NCBI GenBank assembly: GCA_964565615.1
Contig: CAZMFO010000001.1
Location: 19,513-83,512 of the forward strand
Direction: 5' to 3'
Length of the DNA stretch: 64,000 nucleotides
DNA from: an uncultured Candidatus Saccharibacteria bacterium
GTDB taxonomy: Bacteria > Patescibacteriota > Saccharimonadia > Saccharimonadales > JAGQNJ01
In this document: piece after piece, positions 29,552 through 40,099 of the stretch
Numbering within the stretch: the stretch's first letter is position 1
Layout: the number at the start of each line of letters is the position of its first letter
Position numbers and translations under genes: made by a program
The notes under the pieces: model-generated
The model's input: only the letters and a program-made list of their open reading frames with translations
Database searches by the model: none
Told to the model about the DNA's origin: nothing

Positions 29552-30800
29552 AGAGGCAGTAAGAGTTGATAAGCTGGTGTTTGGCGGGCAAGGATTGGCC
29601 AAATTTGCAAATGGTAAAAAGGTGTTAATTTGGGGAGTTTTGCCCGGTGAACTAGTTAGGGTGAGGGTAATTAAAAATAGGCGAGATTATGCCGAAGCAA
29701 TTGCCGAAGAAATTATTCAGTCTAGCCCAGAACGCATTAAACCAAAAGAGATAAATTATCTTTCTACATCACCTTGGCAGATTATGTCATTTGAGGCAGA
29801 AAATAAATATAAGAAGCAAATAATAAAAGAAGTTTTTAGACGAGAGAAGGTTGCATTGCCAGAATTTCGGTTTGTTTTTAACAATATGCCGTATGGGTAT
29901 CGTAATAAGATGGAGTATTCGTTTTGGGGCGACGAGCAAGGCCTACATCTGGCACTTCATAAACGGGGCAGTCGCGGGAAGAACATTGTGTCGGGCAGTG
30001 CATTGGCTATGCAGTTTGTTGATAAAGGCGCAAACGCTATTCTTAAGGAGCTTAGCAAACATAATGTACGAGCTGGAGACTTAAAGACAGTAGTAGTTCG
30101 GGCAAGCCAAAAGGGTGATACTGTGGCAAGTTTGTTTGTAAAAATTAAGCATTTTATTAAGCTAGACTTGCCCAGTGATATAAAAGGACTAACAGTTAAT
30201 TATTCTAACCCAAAAAGCCCAGCGTCGGTGATCACTAGCAACATTTATGAGTTGGGGCAGGTAACCTTAACAGACCAACTTTTAGGTACTGATATTGAAT
30301 ACAATAGTGACTCATTTTTTCAGGTTAATATACCTATTTTTAATACTGTTCTTAAGGTGATTAAACAACATATTGAGGGCGATGAGGTTGTTGATATGTA
30401 CGGTGGCGTAGGAAGTATTGGTTTAAGTGTTGCTAGCAAAGCAACTATTGTAGAACCAGATAAAAGTGCGGTAAAAATGGCTAAAATAAATGTTCAAAAT
30501 ACGGTTTCAAATGTGGTGCTTGCGTCTGCTGAAGACGCCTTAAGTTACATCTTAAAAGATAAAGTGCTGATAGTTGATCCGCCCCGTGCTGGATTGCATA
30601 AAAATGTAATAACTAGCATATTACAGCAAACCCCAAAGCAGATTATTTATTTAAGCTGTAACTCAACGACGCAAGCCAGAGACACTACATTACTAAAAGA
30701 GAAATATGATATTAGTTATTTTGAAGGCTATAACTTTTTCCCGCGAACTCCACACATTGAAACCCTTGCAATTTTACAACGAAGCAGTACGAGCAAGTAG
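29544..30800 (+). CDS. TRAM-domain RNA (uracil-5)-methyltransferase, RlmD/RumA/TrmA family
   Basis: N-terminal TRAM beta-barrel (VRVDKLVFGGQGLAKF). DMYGGVGSIGL (motif I). DPPRAGL. Confidence 0.75.
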   Translation: MDKEAVRVDKLVFGGQGLAKFANGKKVLIWGVLPGELVRVRVIKNRRDYAEAIAEEIIQSSPERIKPKEINYLSTSPWQIMSFEAENKYKKQIIKEVFRREKVALPEFRFVFNNMPYGYRNKMEYSFWGDEQGLHLALHKRGSRGKNIVSGSALAMQFVDKGANAILKELSKHNVRAGDLKTVVVRASQKGDTVASLFVKIKHFIKLDLPSDIKGLTVNYSNPKSPASVITSNIYELGQVTLTDQLLGTDIEYNSDSFFQVNIPIFNTVLKVIKQHIEGDEVVDMYGGVGSIGLSVASKATIVEPDKSAVKMAKINVQNTVSNVVLASAEDALSYILKDKVLIVDPPRAGLHKNVITSILQQTPKQIIYLSCNSTTQARDTTLLKEKYDISYFEGYNFFPRTPHIETLAILQRSSTSK

Positions 30801-30819
30801 AGGTATAATTACCAGTATT

Positions 30820-31605
30820 ATGAGTTATATGAGAAGTCGGCCGTACCAATCCGGCCAAAAAACAGCATTTAGATTGAGTCGCAGTAAGCTAGAGCTGTTT
30901 ATGCAATGTCAACGGTGTTTTTGGTTAGATACAAGATTAAAAATTTCCAGACCGAGTAGCCCACCGTTTAATATCAATAAAGCCATTGACGAGTTATTCA
31001 AGAAAGAGTTTGATGCCTATCGAGCCAAAAAGGAGCCTCATCCACTAATGAAGCAAGCCAAAATAACGGCTACTCCGTTTGCTCATAAACAGTTAGATAA
31101 GTGGCGCCAAAGTTTTGGTGATAATGCGGGGATTGATTATCTAGATACGGACACAAATCTACATATTTTTGGGGCTGTTGATGATGTGTGGGTAGATAAC
31201 AAGGAGCAATTGATAGTTGTTGATTATAAGGCGACTGCCAAAGACAAGCCGGTTGCATCTTTGGGGCCAGAAGGGTCGTGGCACGATATGTACAGAAGGC
31301 AGATGGAGATTTACCAGTGGCTATTTAAAAAAAATGGCTTTAAGGTTAGCGATACGGGGTATTTTGTCTATGCAACAACCAATTCGCTGGCAGATAGATT
31401 TGATAATCAACTAAAGTTTGAGACTTGTGTTTTTCCTCATAAGGGTAGTACAGATTGGGTGGACAAACTTATACCAGAAATTAAGGGGGTTTTAGATAGC
31501 GATACTATGCCAGCAGTTGGACTATCTGCAATGGGTGGAGCTTGTGAATTTTGTACTTACGCCAAGGCTCGCACCAAACTAACCTTGGATCACTTGAATA
31601 AATAG
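30820..31605 (+). CDS. Cas4/RecB-like PD-(D/E)xK nuclease family protein (stand-alone)
   Basis: N-terminal LSRSKLELFMQCQRCFWL (Cas4-type Cys motif). VVDYKAT (D..YK). C-terminal CEFCTYAKAR. The track's longer start overlaps the previous gene; ATG 30820 is preferred. Confidence 0.6.
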   Translation: MSYMRSRPYQSGQKTAFRLSRSKLELFMQCQRCFWLDTRLKISRPSSPPFNINKAIDELFKKEFDAYRAKKEPHPLMKQAKITATPFAHKQLDKWRQSFGDNAGIDYLDTDTNLHIFGAVDDVWVDNKEQLIVVDYKATAKDKPVASLGPEGSWHDMYRRQMEIYQWLFKKNGFKVSDTGYFVYATTNSLADRFDNQLKFETCVFPHKGSTDWVDKLIPEIKGVLDSDTMPAVGLSAMGGACEFCTYAKARTKLTLDHLNK

Positions 31606-31633
31606 AGTCCGACAATGGTGGTATAATAAAGGT

Positions 31634-32929
31634 ATGTTAGATATACAGTTTATTAGGGAGAATCCACAGCTGGTTAAAGAAAAGTCAAGACAAAAAGGCT
31701 ATGACATTGATATTGAACAGTTGCTTGGTTTTGATAAAAAACGCCGTGAGCTACAAAGCCAGACAGATATTTTGCGTCAAGAACGAAATAAAATAGCCGA
31801 TTCTATGAAGGGCGCAAAACCAACAGCCGAGGTTATTGAACAAGGTCGCCAAATTAAAGAGCAACTAGCGGATTTAGAACATCAATTTACGGCAATTGAC
31901 CAAGAATACAGCGAGCTACTTAGAGCGGTCCCAAATATGTCCCTTGATAGTGTGCCGATAGGTGATTCTGAAAAGCAAAATAAAGTTATTAAAACGGTTG
32001 GCGAGAAGCCTAACTTTGATTTTACGCCAAAAAACCATGCCCAGATTGCCGAAGCAAAGGGTTGGCTAGATAAAGAGCGAGCCACTAAAATTGCTGGAGC
32101 AAGATTTGTTTATACTAAGGGCGATTTAGTTAGGCTAGAATTTGCCTTGTGGCAGTATGGTATGGATGTTTTGGGTGATCAAAAAATACTAGAGCAAATT
32201 ATTCAAGACAATGGCTTAACAGTTAGCGCTAAGCCTTTTGAGCCTCTTTTGCCACCGGCAGTTGCTAAAAAATCGGTTTTTGAGGCAACCGGCAGGTTAA
32301 ACCGCGAAGAGCAAACTTATAAATTTGAAGATGAAGATTTGTGGGTTAACGCTAGTGCCGAACACACAATTGCCCCAATCTACTTAGACGAGATACTGCC
32401 AGAAAACGAATTACCGATCCGTTATGTTGGCTATACTACTGCGTTTCGTAAAGAGGCGGGGACTTATGGCAAAGATACCGAAGGCATTTTCCGCCTACAT
32501 CAATTTAATAAGCTAGAGATGGAGAGCTTTGCGACTGCCGAGTCAGCATTAGAGGAGCATCTTTTTATGGTGGCTATTCAGGAATATTTAATGCAACAGC
32601 TCGGTCTGCCTTATCAAGTACTAGAAAAATGCACCGCCGATATCGGAAGGCCAAATGCTAAAGGAGTTGATATTGAGGTGTGGCTACCGAGTCAGCAGAC
32701 TTATCGTGAAACTCATACGGCAGACTATATTGGAGATTATCAAGCCAGAGCTATGAAGACACGGATGCGCTGTCAAGACGGGGCTATTGAGTTGGTACAT
32801 ACAAACGATGCAACCGTTTTTTCGCAACGACCGTTAATTGGCATTATTGAGAATTACCAGACAGCAACAGGAGATGTTCGAGTCCCAGAAGTGTTAAGAA
32901 AGTATTTAAATGGAAAGGAGATAATATAA
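31634..32929 (+). CDS. serS: Seryl-tRNA synthetase
   Basis: MLDIQFIRENPQLVKEK coiled-coil arm. Class II core. Confidence 0.95.
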   Translation: MLDIQFIRENPQLVKEKSRQKGYDIDIEQLLGFDKKRRELQSQTDILRQERNKIADSMKGAKPTAEVIEQGRQIKEQLADLEHQFTAIDQEYSELLRAVPNMSLDSVPIGDSEKQNKVIKTVGEKPNFDFTPKNHAQIAEAKGWLDKERATKIAGARFVYTKGDLVRLEFALWQYGMDVLGDQKILEQIIQDNGLTVSAKPFEPLLPPAVAKKSVFEATGRLNREEQTYKFEDEDLWVNASAEHTIAPIYLDEILPENELPIRYVGYTTAFRKEAGTYGKDTEGIFRLHQFNKLEMESFATAESALEEHLFMVAIQEYLMQQLGLPYQVLEKCTADIGRPNAKGVDIEVWLPSQQTYRETHTADYIGDYQARAMKTRMRCQDGAIELVHTNDATVFSQRPLIGIIENYQTATGDVRVPEVLRKYLNGKEII

Positions 32930-33297
32930 TGATAGAACGGCTAGAAATTGATGGTATTCATATGGAGGTTGGTGATGAACTGCGTCGCTATGTAGTTAAA
33001 AAAATCGGTAAATTAGATAAGTATCTCCCTCGACGAGCAAAGGGCGTGGCTCACCTTGAGGTTAAGTTAAAGTCTTCAAGCAACAAAGGCAAGAAGCAGT
33101 ATACCTGTGAGGTTATTCTTACAGTACCGCACGATATCATTACCACCAAAGAAACCACCGTTAATATGTTTGCGGCGATTGATATTGTAGAGACAAAATT
33201 AAAAAATCAGATTCGTCGATACAAAGATCAACATTCTGTACTTAGGGGGCACACCAGACGACTTATTGGCAAATTTCGTTCGCAATCGGGCGAATAA
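32929..33297 (+). CDS. hpf: Ribosome hibernation promoting factor (HPF/RaiA family, short)
   Basis: MIERLEIDGIHMEVGDELRRYVVKKIGKLDKYLP. Confidence 0.85.
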   Translation: MIERLEIDGIHMEVGDELRRYVVKKIGKLDKYLPRRAKGVAHLEVKLKSSSNKGKKQYTCEVILTVPHDIITTKETTVNMFAAIDIVETKLKNQIRRYKDQHSVLRGHTRRLIGKFRSQSGE

Positions 33298-33359
33298 ATA
33301 CTGTACAATAAAGACTCGGTGGGACAGACTAATCAAATTGAGGGGAACAACAACAATAT

Positions 33360-35975
33360 ATGAAGAAAGTGCTTAAAAGAATACTTGGTGATCCACAGGC
33401 TAAGACGCTTAAGCGTCTAAAAAAACGGGTTAAAGAGATAAATGCTCTTGCTGATCAGTATAAAAAAATGTCAGACAAAAAGCTAAAAGAGCAAACTGCC
33501 GAGCTAAAAAAACAACTAAAAACCCAATCACTAGATAAGCTATTACCAGAGGCATTTGCGACGGTGCGCGAAGTAGCCACCAGAACATTAAAGCAGAGGC
33601 ATTTTGATGTTCAGTTAATAGGTGGGATGGTATTGCACGAAGGCAATGTTGCCGAAATGAAGACGGGTGAAGGCAAGACGCTAGTTGCTACTTTGCCGGT
33701 GTATTTAAATGCCTTGACTGAAAAGGGTGTGCATGTAGTAACAGTAAACGATTATTTAGCACAACGAGATGCTGGCTGGATGGGGCAGATTTATAACTTT
33801 TTGGGGTTAAGTGTAGCTGTAATTATTCCAGATGCGTCATTTATGTATGATCCAGAGTACATTAGCGATAAGCACGAGGACGAGCGTATGAAACACTTGC
33901 GTCCATGCACCAGACAGGAAGCATATCTTGCCGATATTACTTACGGAACAAATAACGAGTACGGTTTTGATTATTTGCGAGACAATATGGTGCGAGAAGA
34001 GCTTCAACTCCGCCAGAGGGATTTACATTTTGCCATTGTTGATGAGGTTGACTCTATTTTAATTGACGAGGCCAGAACCCCACTGATTATTTCGGCACCT
34101 GCGTCGGCCAGTGCAACAGCTTATGAGCAGTTTTCTAAGATAGTGCGAACTCTAGAAAACGAAAAACATTACGAAATTGACGAAAAGCGCCGAACTGTTG
34201 TTTTGAAGGATGAGGGTGTTGAAGCAATAGAAAAAAAGCTAGGCATAGACAACCTTTATGCCAGCGAAAACATCAGAACAATTTATCATCTTGATCAAGC
34301 CCTCAAAGCACAAGCCATCTTTAAGCGAGACAAAGATTATGTTGTAACCAAAGACGGGGAGATTGTAATTGTTGATGAGTTCACTGGCCGATTGCTAAAA
34401 GGACGACGATACAATGAAGGGCTTCATCAGGCAATAGAGGCTAAAGAGGGTGTAGAAGTTAAGGAAGAATCTATGACTCTGGCAACAATTTCGTTTCAGA
34501 ACTATTTTCGTCTATACGAAAAACTATCTGGTATGACTGGAACGGCCGAGACAGAGAGTGAGGAATTCCACCAAATTTATAAGCTAGAGGTTATTGTTGT
34601 GCCCTCAAATAAACCGTTATCACGAATAGATCGTGGCGATCGCATATACAAAACAGAAGAGGGTAAGTTTCGGGCGATTATTAAAGAAGTCCAGATGTTA
34701 CACACTAAAGGTCAACCTGTCTTGATTGGTACAGCATCAATTGAGAAGAATGAAGTGCTTAGTAGTTTATTAAAAAAGGCAGGCATTCCTCATCAAGTAT
34801 TAAACGCTAAGAATAACGAGAAAGAGGCTACTATTGTCGCTAAGGCTGGGCAAAGAGGGGCTGTTACTTTGGCAACCAATATTGCCGGTCGTGGTACAGA
34901 TATTGTTCTTGATGAAGAAACAAAAAAACTCGGGGGCTTGTTTGTCTTGGGGTCGGAGCGACATGAATCTCGCCGAATTGACAATCAATTGAGGGGCCGT
35001 TCTGGCCGACAAGGCGATCCCGGTATGACTCAATTTTTTGTTAGTTGTGAGGACGATCTAATGCGAGTTTTTGGCGGTGATCGGATTCGTACTATGATGG
35101 AAAGATTAAAAGTAGATGACGAAACACCAATAGAGAACCGAATTATTTCGCGCAGTTTAGAGGCGGCCCAAAAAAAGGTAGAGGGTTTTAACTTTGATCA
35201 ACGAAAAAATGTCGTACAGTATGACGATGTAATGAATCGTCATCGTAAGGCAACTTATGCTATTCGTAAAGAAATACTAAAAGATGGCGATATTAGCAAA
35301 AGGATACGGGCGTTTATTAAAGACGAGGCAAAGCTAGTTAGTGGATCGCCAGAGTCGCATCACCCAGATTTTGAGGACATACTAACAGAGGTCTTTCCAT
35401 TTGATGAGGCGACGCTAGATATTATATTTGATGCTGACCACGATAAATTTGCTGATGTATTAACGACAAAAGCCCTAGAGTTGTATGAAGCAAGAGAATC
35501 AGCCTTTGGCGATAAAATTATGAGGGCAATAGAGCGCGAAATATATTTACAAATACTGGATAATTTGTGGATGCAACACCTAGAAAGTATGGCTCATTTG
35601 CGAGAAGGCATTAATTGGATTAGTGTCGGGCAAAAGGATCCACTGGTTGAATATAGAAGAAAATCGCAACAACTTTTTGAGGAGATGCAACTTAGATTAA
35701 GGTCTGACATTGTTCGGGCTATATTTTCTGCTCAACCTGTTGAACACGAACACCCTGTGGATACTGATTTAACTCGCGCCGCCAAGCACTCGGTTGACAA
35801 TGCCGATAAAATTTTAGAGGTCGAGGAACTACATGAAGAAGATTTTGCTACGCCAAGAGCAGATAGTCATCTTTTGGCAGACAATAGGTCAACAAAAAAA
35901 CAAATAACCGCCAAAACAAGAAAGAAATCACGAAAAGCAGAACGAAAGCGTCGTACTAAGGGCCGAAAAAAGTAA
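33360..35975 (+). CDS. secA: Preprotein translocase ATPase SecA
   Basis: N-terminal MKKVLKRILGDPQAK, DEAD-like motor motifs, 871 aa. Confidence 0.95.
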   Translation: MKKVLKRILGDPQAKTLKRLKKRVKEINALADQYKKMSDKKLKEQTAELKKQLKTQSLDKLLPEAFATVREVATRTLKQRHFDVQLIGGMVLHEGNVAEMKTGEGKTLVATLPVYLNALTEKGVHVVTVNDYLAQRDAGWMGQIYNFLGLSVAVIIPDASFMYDPEYISDKHEDERMKHLRPCTRQEAYLADITYGTNNEYGFDYLRDNMVREELQLRQRDLHFAIVDEVDSILIDEARTPLIISAPASASATAYEQFSKIVRTLENEKHYEIDEKRRTVVLKDEGVEAIEKKLGIDNLYASENIRTIYHLDQALKAQAIFKRDKDYVVTKDGEIVIVDEFTGRLLKGRRYNEGLHQAIEAKEGVEVKEESMTLATISFQNYFRLYEKLSGMTGTAETESEEFHQIYKLEVIVVPSNKPLSRIDRGDRIYKTEEGKFRAIIKEVQMLHTKGQPVLIGTASIEKNEVLSSLLKKAGIPHQVLNAKNNEKEATIVAKAGQRGAVTLATNIAGRGTDIVLDEETKKLGGLFVLGSERHESRRIDNQLRGRSGRQGDPGMTQFFVSCEDDLMRVFGGDRIRTMMERLKVDDETPIENRIISRSLEAAQKKVEGFNFDQRKNVVQYDDVMNRHRKATYAIRKEILKDGDISKRIRAFIKDEAKLVSGSPESHHPDFEDILTEVFPFDEATLDIIFDADHDKFADVLTTKALELYEARESAFGDKIMRAIEREIYLQILDNLWMQHLESMAHLREGINWISVGQKDPLVEYRRKSQQLFEEMQLRLRSDIVRAIFSAQPVEHEHPVDTDLTRAAKHSVDNADKILEVEELHEEDFATPRADSHLLADNRSTKKQITAKTRKKSRKAERKRRTKGRKK

Positions 35976-35978
35976 CCT

Positions 35979-37271
35979 ATGAAGCATAGTGTAACTCATC
36001 TTGATTTATCAAATGGAGCAAAAGGCTTGTTGGTAAATATCCCTGACGCCACAGTAATGACCTTTGAAATAAATTTTCGGGCAGGAGAGTATTTGGTTGA
36101 GCAACAAAAATGGGAAACGCCACATTTAATGGAGCATGTGCTACTAGGTGCTAATGAAGCCTACAGAAAATCTCGCGATTTTCAGGCAGAACTTGAAAAA
36201 AATGGAGCATACGCCAATGCTAGCACGGGCAGTTATGATATAACATACGAGGCAGAATGTGCTGATTTTGAGTGGGATAGAATTTTGGGCTTGCTGGTTT
36301 TGGCGATCTCTAAGCCCCTTTTTTTACAAGAAGAATTTGATTCGGAGTCTCGCAATGTGCGAGAGGAATTGTTCTCTCGTTCTAACAACCACTTTAGGCA
36401 TCTAAACCTAGCGCTTCGTAAGGAGTATGGGTTTGTGGCGTTAACCGATCAAGAGAGATTAAAGCTGATGGACAATGTAACAATTACCGATATCATTGAG
36501 CATTACAAAAAAACTCATCGGGCGCCAAATATGCGTTTTGTGATTGCTGGCAACTTAACAAAGTCTCGAAAAGAAATAATAGAAAAGTTACTGGGGAATA
36601 TTGAACTACCCGAAGAGGGTTATCGCACTCCTTTGCCAGACGAAACTCCAATATCTCAAAAAAAACCATTATTTATCAAGAACCCGACGGTAGAGAACTT
36701 ATATTTCTATCTAGATACATTTATTCGTCGACGACTTACTGATAGCGAGAGCTATGCTATGATGTTAACCAATGCTATCTTAACGGAGACCCTACACTCA
36801 CGGATTTATGGTCAAGCACGAGAAAAAGGTTTAATTTACGGCGTTAGCTCAAATTATGCTAGATTACTGGGTTCGTCAAATTTTTGGCTAGGAGCTCAAG
36901 TTATGCCGAGCAATGTAGAGGGGTTGTTTAAAATAATAACGACCGAGATTACCCAATTAAAAAATGGAAAGTTTAGTGATGATGAGCTAAAGTCTGCAAA
37001 ATTATTTGCTTTAGGCCGTTTTCAACGAAGCGCCCAAACCGTTTCTAGCACAGCAAACTTATACAGTAGTCGGTATTTTTACGAGGAAGAGGTTGAAGGT
37101 TACTATGAAGTACCAGATAAAATACAAGCAGTATCTAGAGACCAACTTGAGGCCGTCATTAACGCAATGTTTTCTGAAGGAATTAGGGGTTTTGGAGTTT
37201 TGGGGAGCTGTGGTTATGATTTTGCCGTTCATGCGAATAAACAGCTAGATAGTCTTTGGCGAAACGAGTAG
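35979..37271 (+). CDS. M16-family (pitrilysin-like) zinc peptidase
   Basis: Inverted zinc motif HLMEH (HxxEH) near the N-terminus. Confidence 0.75.
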   Translation: MKHSVTHLDLSNGAKGLLVNIPDATVMTFEINFRAGEYLVEQQKWETPHLMEHVLLGANEAYRKSRDFQAELEKNGAYANASTGSYDITYEAECADFEWDRILGLLVLAISKPLFLQEEFDSESRNVREELFSRSNNHFRHLNLALRKEYGFVALTDQERLKLMDNVTITDIIEHYKKTHRAPNMRFVIAGNLTKSRKEIIEKLLGNIELPEEGYRTPLPDETPISQKKPLFIKNPTVENLYFYLDTFIRRRLTDSESYAMMLTNAILTETLHSRIYGQAREKGLIYGVSSNYARLLGSSNFWLGAQVMPSNVEGLFKIITTEITQLKNGKFSDDELKSAKLFALGRFQRSAQTVSSTANLYSSRYFYEEEVEGYYEVPDKIQAVSRDQLEAVINAMFSEGIRGFGVLGSCGYDFAVHANKQLDSLWRNE

Positions 37272-37278
37272 AGGTTTT

Positions 37279-38373
37279 ATGTCAGAATTAACCGTAAATA
37301 TAAAGAGCTTACTTGACGAAATAAATAATGCTTATCGTCAGTTGGGTATAGATAATTTACAGGTTGAGATAAAGAGGCTAGAGCAAGAAAGTACTCAACC
37401 AGAGTTTTGGAATAATCCTAACAATGCTCAAAATATAATGAAGGATATTTCTAGCTTGCAAGCTCGCGCAAATCCGTGGCTAGAGTTAAAAAAGTCAACC
37501 GAGGAGTTGGTAGATCTAGAAGCACTAGATGATTTATCTCTAAAACAAGAGCTACAAAATACATATTCTAAGCTTTTGGACGAATATCAGGTTTTAAAAA
37601 AGCAACTAGCTTTTAGTGGGCCGTATGATGACCACGATGTCATTTTGTCAATATATGCAGGGGCTGGCGGAACGGATGCACAGGACTGGGCATCAATGTT
37701 GTTGCGGATGTATGTACGCTGGGTTGAGTCCGAGGGCGGTCAGGTAGAGATTATTGAACAGTCAGTAGCCGACGAGGCCGGAATAAAAAGTGCCACCTGT
37801 AGCATTTCGGGGATCTCTTTTGGGTATGGAAGGCTAAAAAGTGAGCATGGTGTACATAGACTAGTTAGGCTTAGTCCTTTTAATTCTGATAATTTGCGAC
37901 AGACTAGCTTTGCTAAAGTTGATATTATCCCTAAAATTGATAAACCGAACGAGGTTAAGATTAGCGATGACGATCTTAAAGTAGATGTTTTTCGGTCGGG
38001 TGGGCACGGTGGTCAATCGGTAAACACTACCGATTCGGCGGTGCGAGTAACTCATCTGCCAACTGGCATTACGGTAAGTATTCAAAATGAGCGGTCGCAA
38101 TTGCAGAACAAAGAAACAGCGTTAACCATTTTAAGGTCAAAACTGGCTCAACTTCAGCTTATTCAACATAAAGATAAGCTACAGGATATCAAGGGGCCAA
38201 ATCAATCGGCGGAATGGGGTAATCAGATTAGAAGTTATGTACTGCACCCTTATAAACAGGTTAAAGACTTACGGACTCAATATGAAGCAAGCGACCCTGA
38301 TAAAATACTAAATGGTGATATTAATGGGTTGATAAACGCCTATATTGAGCAAAACTTGGGTTCTCAAGCATAA
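37279..38373 (+). CDS. prfB: Peptide chain release factor 2 (single uninterrupted ORF)
   Basis: SPF tripeptide (RLSPFNSDN). GGQ ([23 protein letters not shown]). Confidence 0.9.
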   Translation: MSELTVNIKSLLDEINNAYRQLGIDNLQVEIKRLEQESTQPEFWNNPNNAQNIMKDISSLQARANPWLELKKSTEELVDLEALDDLSLKQELQNTYSKLLDEYQVLKKQLAFSGPYDDHDVILSIYAGAGGTDAQDWASMLLRMYVRWVESEGGQVEIIEQSVADEAGIKSATCSISGISFGYGRLKSEHGVHRLVRLSPFNSDNLRQTSFAKVDIIPKIDKPNEVKISDDDLKVDVFRSGGHGGQSVNTTDSAVRVTHLPTGITVSIQNERSQLQNKETALTILRSKLAQLQLIQHKDKLQDIKGPNQSAEWGNQIRSYVLHPYKQVKDLRTQYEASDPDKILNGDINGLINAYIEQNLGSQA

Positions 38374-38397
38374 TCAATTTGGTATAATAGAGTTTGA

Positions 38398-39081
38398 ATG
38401 ATTTTATTGGATAGAGTTACAAAAGTTTATGGCAAATCTAACACGGCGCTTGATAGGGTTAGCCTACATGTTGAGCCCAAAGAGTTTGTGGTGATTGTGG
38501 GGCAAAGTGGTGCCGGCAAGTCAACCTTTTTGAAGTTACTCACCAGAGAGGAACGCCCAACGAGTGGAAAAATTATTGTCGGAGGAGTGGATTACGAACA
38601 TCTAAAGGATAAAAAAATACCTTTATTACGGCGAAAGATAGGGGTGGTGTTTCAAGATTTTAAATTATTGCCAAATAAAAATGTTTTTGAAAATGTTGCC
38701 TTTGCGCTAGAAATTGTTGGTATGGGTAACAAAGAAATACAATACACCGTACCTCGTGTTTTGAATATCGTCGGTTTAAGTGGTAAAGAAAAGAGCTATC
38801 CAAAAGAATTGTCTGGTGGCGAACGGCAACGCGTCGCTATCGCTAGAGCTATTGCTCGGCAACCTAAGATATTGATTGCCGATGAGCCTACCGGCAATTT
38901 GGACCCTAAACATGCTTGGGATGTAATAGCAGTTTTAGAAAAGATTAACAAGTACGGAACAACTGTTTTGCTGACCACTCATAATCAAGATATTGTCAAT
39001 AAATTAAAGCGTCGTGTTGTAACCATAACCGATGGGAAGATAGTGAGTGATAAGGTCGGCGGGGGTTACAAATTATTATGA
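38398..39081 (+). CDS. ftsE: Cell-division ABC ATPase FtsE
   Basis: GQSGAGKST Walker A, LSGGERQRVAIARA, Walker B ILIADEPTGNLD. Confidence 0.9.
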   Translation: MILLDRVTKVYGKSNTALDRVSLHVEPKEFVVIVGQSGAGKSTFLKLLTREERPTSGKIIVGGVDYEHLKDKKIPLLRRKIGVVFQDFKLLPNKNVFENVAFALEIVGMGNKEIQYTVPRVLNIVGLSGKEKSYPKELSGGERQRVAIARAIARQPKILIADEPTGNLDPKHAWDVIAVLEKINKYGTTVLLTTHNQDIVNKLKRRVVTITDGKIVSDKVGGGYKLL

Positions 39082-40022
39082 AGCGAAAGTTAATCACCTT
39101 GTCTAGAATCTTTAAGGGCGGACTGACTAATTTTGTGCGTAATGCTTGGTTAGCAATTGCCGCAATTGCTGTGATGGTCATTACCTTAACTATTGTACTT
39201 TTTTCGGTTATTGCCAACGCTACCTTTACAAACACTATAAAACAGATTACCGATAAAGTTGATATATCAATATATTTAAAAGACGAAACAAGCGATAAAG
39301 ACAAAGATCAAATACTTGAGAAACTAAAGTCCTTAACTAATGTAGAGAGCGTTTCGTATCTATCTAAGGATGATGCCAAAAACCAATTTATTGAAAAAAA
39401 CAAAGAAGACATAGAACTTAGATTATCTATCGGTCAGTCTGACGGCAATCCAATTCCGGCAACAATTCGGATTAAGCCCAAAGACATCAATAAGCTAGAA
39501 GAGCTAAGTAACGAGATCAACAATCAAGGCTGGGAGAGGTTCATTTTAAAGATTTCTTACCAAAAAGACAGAAAAACAGCTATTGATAATATCGCTAAAG
39601 CAACAACATTTTTCAAAAAGGCTAGTTTAGCAGGAGTTGTAGTATTTGCCATAATCTCTATGCTGATAATTTTTAACACTATTAGAATGGCTATCTTTAA
39701 TAGGCGAGAAGAGCTGGATATTATGCGCTTGCTGGGTGCCAGCACTTGGTATATTCGGGGCCCGTTTGTGGTTGAGACGGTGCTTTACGGTGTGATAGCG
39801 GCGTTGATCTCGGTATCGTTATGTAGGTTGTCACTAGAAGTTGCAGTATCGGCCTTTGGTGCTAACAGTTTAGGATTATTAGATATAGAATATGCCACTC
39901 AGTATTTCTCTAGACATTTTTGGTATGTTTCGGGTATTCAGTTAGCGGTTGGAGTACTAATCGGGGCAGTATCGTCTATGGTTGCTACCAGACGATATCT
40001 GAAGTTTAAAAGCAGTAAATAA
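39078..40022 (+). CDS. ftsX: Cell-division permease FtsX
   Basis: Four-TM FtsX layout with a large extracellular loop. Start overlaps the ftsE stop. Confidence 0.85.
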   Translation: MKRKLITLSRIFKGGLTNFVRNAWLAIAAIAVMVITLTIVLFSVIANATFTNTIKQITDKVDISIYLKDETSDKDKDQILEKLKSLTNVESVSYLSKDDAKNQFIEKNKEDIELRLSIGQSDGNPIPATIRIKPKDINKLEELSNEINNQGWERFILKISYQKDRKTAIDNIAKATTFFKKASLAGVVVFAIISMLIIFNTIRMAIFNRREELDIMRLLGASTWYIRGPFVVETVLYGVIAALISVSLCRLSLEVAVSAFGANSLGLLDIEYATQYFSRHFWYVSGIQLAVGVLIGAVSSMVATRRYLKFKSSK

Positions 40023-40099
40023 GACATTATTTTGTCAAGTAAGAGAGCCAATACTTAATTGGGGAGTTGTGATTATCAAATTTGGAGGTCTATGTTATT

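Noticed and set aside
30706-30819. Upstream extension of the Cas4-like ORF given in the track
   Set aside because: It overlaps the end of the RlmD-like gene in another frame. The conserved Cas4 N-terminal motif begins right after ATG 30820, which has a TATAAT box 10 nt upstream.
37279-38373. Looked for the programmed +1 frameshift site (CUU UGA C) common in bacterial prfB
   Set aside because: RF2 is encoded as one uninterrupted 364-aa ORF from its own ATG with the expected N-terminal region, so there is no frameshift site here.
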